Source of the DNA: an uncultured Clostridia bacterium
Lineage (GTDB): Bacteria > Bacillota > Clostridia > TANB77 > CAG-508
Assembly (NCBI GenBank): GCA_947594935.1
Contig: CANQEM010000001.1
Location: 52,802 to 116,801 of the forward strand
Direction: 5' to 3'
DNA length: 64,000 nucleotides
Below the pieces are notes generated by a model that saw only the letters and a program-made list of their open reading frames with translations, was not told the DNA's origin and made no database searches. Position 1 is the first letter of the stretch. Each line of letters begins with the position of its first letter. The translations under genes and the position numbers were made by a program. Positions 59,362 to 64,000 of this stretch are shown here, piece after piece.

Positions 59362-60516
59362 CTATCTATACATCATTCCCGCATTTGAAATCTTAACTAC
59401 TAATGTGGTACCAATTATGACCATAACTGATAAAGAACATAAAATTGCAAGTAATACTTTAAAAATCGTACTGATTTGCTCTAATAAACTAACAACTTTT
59501 TCATCTGCTATTGGTTCACAAATTCCAGCCATGAGCTTATATGATGTCATTAAAATTCCAATCTTGATAACTGGTACTATACATATTCCAATAATAATGA
59601 TTACACCTATTACGCCAACTGCATTTTTCAAAATAATTCCACAGCCTAGAACACTATCTACCGCATCTCCTAGAATTTTACCAACTACTGGAACACTACT
59701 GCTTACAATTGCTTTTGTTGTTTTAGCTGTAATTCCATCTACACTACTTGATAAAGTTCCTTCTAATGAAATCACTCCAACAAATATAGTAAGGATTACC
59801 CCTAATACTAAAACAATTCCAGAGTGAAAAGTTTTTGCAAGTTTGTTAATTTGAACTTTGTCTCCAATTTTTGAAACAATACTTAAAGTTGCTGTAATCA
59901 GTGTTAATGGTATTAGAATTGTTTGTATTAAGTTTCCTATAAAATTTATCATAAAAAGTATTATTGGCTCTAAAACACTGCTTGTTGTGATACTACCAGT
60001 ATATAGCATTAAACTAATTAAAATTGGTATCAATGAATTCATAAAACCAACTAAATTTATGCTTGTTTCTTTTACTAATTCAATTATGTCTGAAAAGTTT
60101 GTCATAATAACTGTAACAATTGCAATATATTGAACATAGTAAATTATATTTGTTAAACTAGCATTTTCTAAGTTATCACTTATCGCTTTTAATATGCTAT
60201 GTATTAGAACTATAACAAGTATGCTAATCAAACTTTTTATGCCAGTATGTAATTCTTTTCCCAATAAATCAAAAATTTTTGTAAGTATTTTTTCGTTTTT
60301 TACTTCGCCTTTTATTGCTGAATTAAATATTTCATCAATATCTATATTTTCAAAAAAATCACCAGTATATTGTTTTGAGCTTTCTAGAAAACTACTTATT
60401 CCAAATTTTTCTTGTTGTTCTTGAAGTTCTTGGTTTTCATCGGATACAGCATATTTGATGTTTGTTTGTAAAATTATTGCTAGAAATATAATTATTGTAA
60501 AAAGTGCTTTTTTCAA
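59362..60516 (-). CDS. spoIIIAE: Stage III sporulation protein AE
   Basis: 384-aa polytopic membrane protein in the conserved position. Confidence 0.75.
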   Translation of the reverse strand: MKKALFTIIIFLAIILQTNIKYAVSDENQELQEQQEKFGISSFLESSKQYTGDFFENIDIDEIFNSAIKGEVKNEKILTKIFDLLGKELHTGIKSLISILVIVLIHSILKAISDNLENASLTNIIYYVQYIAIVTVIMTNFSDIIELVKETSINLVGFMNSLIPILISLMLYTGSITTSSVLEPIILFMINFIGNLIQTILIPLTLITATLSIVSKIGDKVQINKLAKTFHSGIVLVLGVILTIFVGVISLEGTLSSSVDGITAKTTKAIVSSSVPVVGKILGDAVDSVLGCGIILKNAVGVIGVIIIIGICIVPVIKIGILMTSYKLMAGICEPIADEKVVSLLEQISTIFKVLLAILCSLSVMVIIGTTLVVKISNAGMMYR

Positions 60517-60532
60517 TTTTGCAGTTCCTTTC

Positions 60533-60949
60533 TCATGGTAATATTTTTAATATGATTTCTAATAAGCTTGAAATTATGGGTATTGACATTGATATAATTA
60601 TGATTTTTGTTGCAATTTCAATTTTATTTGCTATTGCTGCTTCACCAGAGTCTTTACATATAGTTATTGCAAATTCTGAAAGAAAAGCTATCCCAGTTAT
60701 TTTTAACAGTATCGCGATAAACTGGTTATTTACATTTGCTTTATTTGATATTGATTGTATTAGTTGGATTATTCCTGATAATCTGTCAAGTATAAGTACG
60801 ATGATTAGTATTCCAGTAATTAAACTAGCATAAAGTGCATATTCTGGCTTGTACTGTTTTAGTAAAACAATTATGACTAAACCAATTAAGCCAATTGATA
60901 CTATTTTTATGACTTCCATATATTCAAGTTTTTCCTTTCTATAAATCAA
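60533..60949 (-). CDS. spoIIIAD: Stage III sporulation protein AD
   Basis: 138 aa, four TM helices, in the conserved position. Confidence 0.7.
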   Translation of the reverse strand: MIYRKEKLEYMEVIKIVSIGLIGLVIIVLLKQYKPEYALYASLITGILIIVLILDRLSGIIQLIQSISNKANVNNQFIAILLKITGIAFLSEFAITICKDSGEAAIANKIEIATKIIIISMSIPIISSLLEIILKILP

Positions 60950-61133
60950 ACAAAGTTCTTACTGTGTCAAATAAGCCACTAATTTCTTTGATGACCATCG
61001 ATAAAACAATAACTAAACCTGCAAGTGTTGTCATCATTGCTTGATCTTCCCTTCCTGCTCTGACTAAAACTTGATGAAGTACTGCAACTAAAATTCCAAT
61101 AGCAGCTATTTTGAATAATAGATTTATATCCAT
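60939..61133 (-). CDS. spoIIIAC: Stage III sporulation protein AC
   Basis: 64 aa, two TM helices, in the conserved position. Confidence 0.8.
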   Translation of the reverse strand: MDINLLFKIAAIGILVAVLHQVLVRAGREDQAMMTTLAGLVIVLSMVIKEISGLFDTVRTLFDL

Positions 61134-61148
61134 AAAATTTTTCTCCTC

Positions 61149-61676
61149 TTAAATTAAAATAATAACAACAACTAAGCCAACAATACTTCCTAGTTTCTGG
61201 TATAATTTTTCATTTTTTTGCTTTTCTTCTTGTGCTTGTTTTAGTTGTGTTTCAAGAAAATTTTGAGTTAATTCAATTTGACTTATTTGCCCGTCTAAAT
61301 CTGATGTTCCTAATAATTTACCTAAGTTCAATAGTACATCTATATCTTCTTTCTTCATATTGCTTGAAGTTTCTTCAAGTGCCTCTTTCCATGCTTTGCT
61401 TGCTGAACTTTTTTCTAAATTATTTCTTGCGGTTTTAAATATTTTTTCTATTGTTCTATTTTTGGTTTGTTGTCCGATTTCATCGAAAATCTCGCCAATT
61501 GGCGAATATGTAAATCTTATTTTTGTTTTAAAGATATTTAAAGAATTTTTGATTTCTTCTAGTTCTTCTAATCGCAATTTGTATTTTTCTGAAATTACTT
61601 TTCCTATTGAACTACTTGCTATGAAAACAAAGAATAATAATATGTATTTTAAAAACTGCATTTTTCTTTTCCTCAC
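61149..61676 (-). CDS. spoIIIAB: Stage III sporulation protein AB
   Basis: 175 aa, in the conserved position after spoIIIAA. Confidence 0.65.
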   Translation of the reverse strand: MRKRKMQFLKYILLFFVFIASSSIGKVISEKYKLRLEELEEIKNSLNIFKTKIRFTYSPIGEIFDEIGQQTKNRTIEKIFKTARNNLEKSSASKAWKEALEETSSNMKKEDIDVLLNLGKLLGTSDLDGQISQIELTQNFLETQLKQAQEEKQKNEKLYQKLGSIVGLVVVIILI

Positions 61677-62578
61677 TACAAAAATATTATTTTTTCAATT
61701 ATGTGCTGTTCCAATAATTCTGAAATCTCACGGTTTCTTTTTATATCCTTAATATCTGCACCATGTGCTGTGAAAATTCCTTTAACACCAGAGCAAACTG
61801 CTTGTTTAATCGCAATAATATCTTGTTTGCTCCCTATCTCATCACATGCAATTATTTCTGGCGACATGGATCTTATCAATATTTCCATCCCTTGTTCTTT
61901 TGAAATATTTTCAATTACATCTGTTCTAATTCCTATATCATTTTGAGGAACGCCTTTATACATAGCGGCAATTTCTCCTCTTTCATCTACAAGTCCACAT
62001 GTTTTGCCTTTCAAAGGTAGTTCTGGAACACCATTACTGATATTTCTAACTAAATCACGCAATAAAGTCGTTTTCCCTTTTCCTGGTGGAGATACAATAA
62101 GTGTTGTAAATATTGTGTTATGTTCTTTGTCAAAGATTTCTCGTAAAAAATTATTGCTACATCCTTTTATTTCTCGTGCTATTCTAAAATTCAGACTGGA
62201 TATGTTTTTTATGTTTATAATTTTATCGTTTTCTATTACAGCTGTTCCTGTAAGACCTACTCTATGTCCGCCAAAAATTGTGATATATCCTTGGCATATT
62301 TGATTTTTATAAGCATAAATAGAATTTTCACATATTCTCTCTAATATGTATAAAATTTCTTGTTCTGAAATTATGTATTGAATTATAATATCTAAATCGC
62401 GTAATTTTATTAGAATTGGTCTATTATTTCTAATTCTTATTTCAACTGCATTTTCTTCAATTTGCTTATTTGGGTTTTGCTTAATTGTTTCAATTATTAG
62501 ATTGTAAATATTACTTGGAAAATATTTTAAAATATCGTTCATTTTTTTGCCTTTCTTAGCATAGCTTGTCTTTTGCAA
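61676..62578 (-). CDS. spoIIIAA: Stage III sporulation protein AA (ATPase)
   Basis: Walker A SPPGKGKTT; secretion-ATPase-like; first gene of the 8-gene operon. Confidence 0.85.
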   Translation of the reverse strand: MQKTSYAKKGKKMNDILKYFPSNIYNLIIETIKQNPNKQIEENAVEIRIRNNRPILIKLRDLDIIIQYIISEQEILYILERICENSIYAYKNQICQGYITIFGGHRVGLTGTAVIENDKIINIKNISSLNFRIAREIKGCSNNFLREIFDKEHNTIFTTLIVSPPGKGKTTLLRDLVRNISNGVPELPLKGKTCGLVDERGEIAAMYKGVPQNDIGIRTDVIENISKEQGMEILIRSMSPEIIACDEIGSKQDIIAIKQAVCSGVKGIFTAHGADIKDIKRNREISELLEQHIIEKIIFL

Positions 62579-62597
62579 GTGTTCTTTTCATAATAAA

Positions 62598-62633
62598 AAG
62601 ACACATAATATATCTCTATATTATATGTCTTTA
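62598..62633 (-). promoter_or_regulatory. 16-bp near-perfect inverted repeat between the upstream acidic gene and spoIIIAA. It could be a terminator hairpin for the upstream gene, a spoIIIA promoter/operator region, or both
   Basis: AAAGACACATAATATA-tctc-TATATTATATGTCTTT. The arm contains CATATAAT, which resembles a sigma-E -10 element. Confidence 0.4.
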
Positions 62634-62655
62634 ATTCTTTTTTAGAACTATTTTT

Positions 62656-64000
62656 TTAATCTTCGCTTGTTCCAAAAGTTTGTATGTCATCTCCATCAAG
62701 TAGTCCATTTGCTGAAGCTTTCTTTTTTTCGTAAAGTGTAAATGGTGCTAATAATGGGTTTGCATCTTCTTCTAAACCAAGTGCTGCCATTTGGTCTTTA
62801 TTTACTTGTGCTAATCTCTCTGATATAGCTTGTATCAATGTTACAACTTGCTCACCGCTATAATTGTTCAAAATCATTGCTGTATCAGCTGTTAGACCTT
62901 CTATTTCTTCTGTGTTTCCAAAAGCAACTACATTTTTAAAGTTGATACCTAAAGATTCTTCTTCCCCTAATGATGTGATTGAACATTCTTCTGTTACTTC
63001 TCCGTGATGATATTCCTGTAAATGAAATTATAACACTTAGTTCTGTATCTTCTCCATCTTCATCAGTTTTAAAACTAAATGAATATGAAAGATAATCTTC
63101 ATCTTTTACATAGCTTCTTTCAAATGTTAAAGTAGTGTTTTCTCCAACATCCATTTCAAAGTTTATTATTGCGTTTTGTGTTGTTGTTATCATTAAAGTT
63201 ATATCTTGGTCTAAACCTGCACTTTCTGATTCATCTAAGTCATCTACACTTTCTGATGTTGATATTTCGTCTTTAAAGCTTTCAACTGCTGATTTAACCA
63301 TATCGCTAGTTCCATCATTTATTGTATCTAGTTTATTTAATAATACATTATCATTTTCTAATGCTTCTGAAAGTTTTGAAAGTAAATCTATCATTTCTGA
63401 ACCAGTAAATTTAATTCTATATATTTTTTCATCTGATGATGTTCCATCAGTAATATATATTTTTTCATCTGTTGCATCAGATATAATAGGTAAATAATTG
63501 TCTTTTAATTGTTGTAGTTCTTCTTCTGTAAATTCTATTTCCCCTGATTCAGGAATTTCAATTTTATTTGGTATTGTGCTTGTATCTGATATTCCTAGTT
63601 TTCCTACGAATTCTTGTAGATTATTGTTTTCTAATGCTACATATTTTTGAGAAACACTCTCTGTTTGCAAACCAAAAACATCTCCATCTTGTCTATAATT
63701 TATTGGAAATTTTACTGTATCTGAATATGCAATTTCGATGTTTTGTTCAGCTTTACGGTTTGCTGGATCTGATTTACCTGAGAAATTGATTTTTGGCATG
63801 TTTTGCCCGATAAGTTCTCCATCTATTTGCCCATCTATCTCAATACTTCCTTGATTTTTAGAAGCTTCACTTCCTTTTTTATCAAAATATTCTGATAACA
63901 TCCCTTCTACATCTTCACTTGATTGAAAGAATTTTGCTAATTCCGTTACTAGAACATTTTTTGCATTACTTGTACTACTAGATTTTTCTCCACCTTTATT
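62656..64000 (-). pseudogene. Large acidic hypothetical protein gene, split by an apparent +1 frameshift near a C4/G4 homopolymer; the 5' end lies beyond the window
   Basis: The frame of ORF 62936..63901 is open to the window end. It overlaps the upstream part of the 62656..62877 frame, which has the same acidic composition. The only window in which the two frames can be joined is 62937-62995. Confidence 0.5.

Noticed and set aside
1-64000. CRISPR arrays, IS elements or transposases, integrases, tRNA or rRNA genes
   Set aside because: No direct-repeat/spacer periodicity, no transposase- or integrase-like ORF, and no tRNA-like GTTCGAATCC-type motif were found. The only G+C-rich RNA-like segments are rnpB and the 18.5-kb element.

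Overview
AT-rich chromosomal core region of a spore-forming, Clostridia-like Firmicute (my by-eye estimate is ~28-30% G+C). Almost all genes are on the minus strand. In window order:

- secA N-terminus (partial), a HAD hydrolase and guaA.
- A pair of secreted or surface proteins: a cadherin-like-domain type I membrane protein next to a dockerin-bearing SH3b hydrolase.
- A long-form U32 peptidase and feoAB.
- The conserved ylxM-ffh-rpsP-KH-rimM-trmD-rplS operon.
- murT-gatD (lipid II amidation) and nrdDG with a divergent Crp-family regulator.
- hisS-relA-recJ.
- A long fatty-acid/ACC operon (fabD-fabG-fabF-accB-fabZ-accC-accD-accA-fabI), then spoVS, ymdB and carAB.
- rny, pfkA-valS, rluA, trmB, a type-B RNase P RNA, dtd and der-plsY-gpsA.
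- An XRE-type HTH gene convergent with the complete spoIIIAA-AH operon.

No CRISPR array, IS element, integrase or tRNA was seen.

The least-explained parts are three short G+C-rich islands (~200-400 bp, estimated ~40% G+C) that interrupt the AT-rich background at 11.4-11.8 kb, 18.5-18.7 kb and 24.9-25.3 kb.

- The first is a small self-contained gene with a consensus promoter, strong RBS and terminator.
- The second is a promoter-to-terminator, rod-like unannotated RNA candidate with a 15-bp closing helix.
- The third is a small membrane-protein gene.

Other points of note are the dockerin-tagged cell-wall-type hydrolase, an rplS (L19) gene with an ~85-residue acidic low-complexity tail, and a probable frameshift in a large acidic gene upstream of spoIIIAA.
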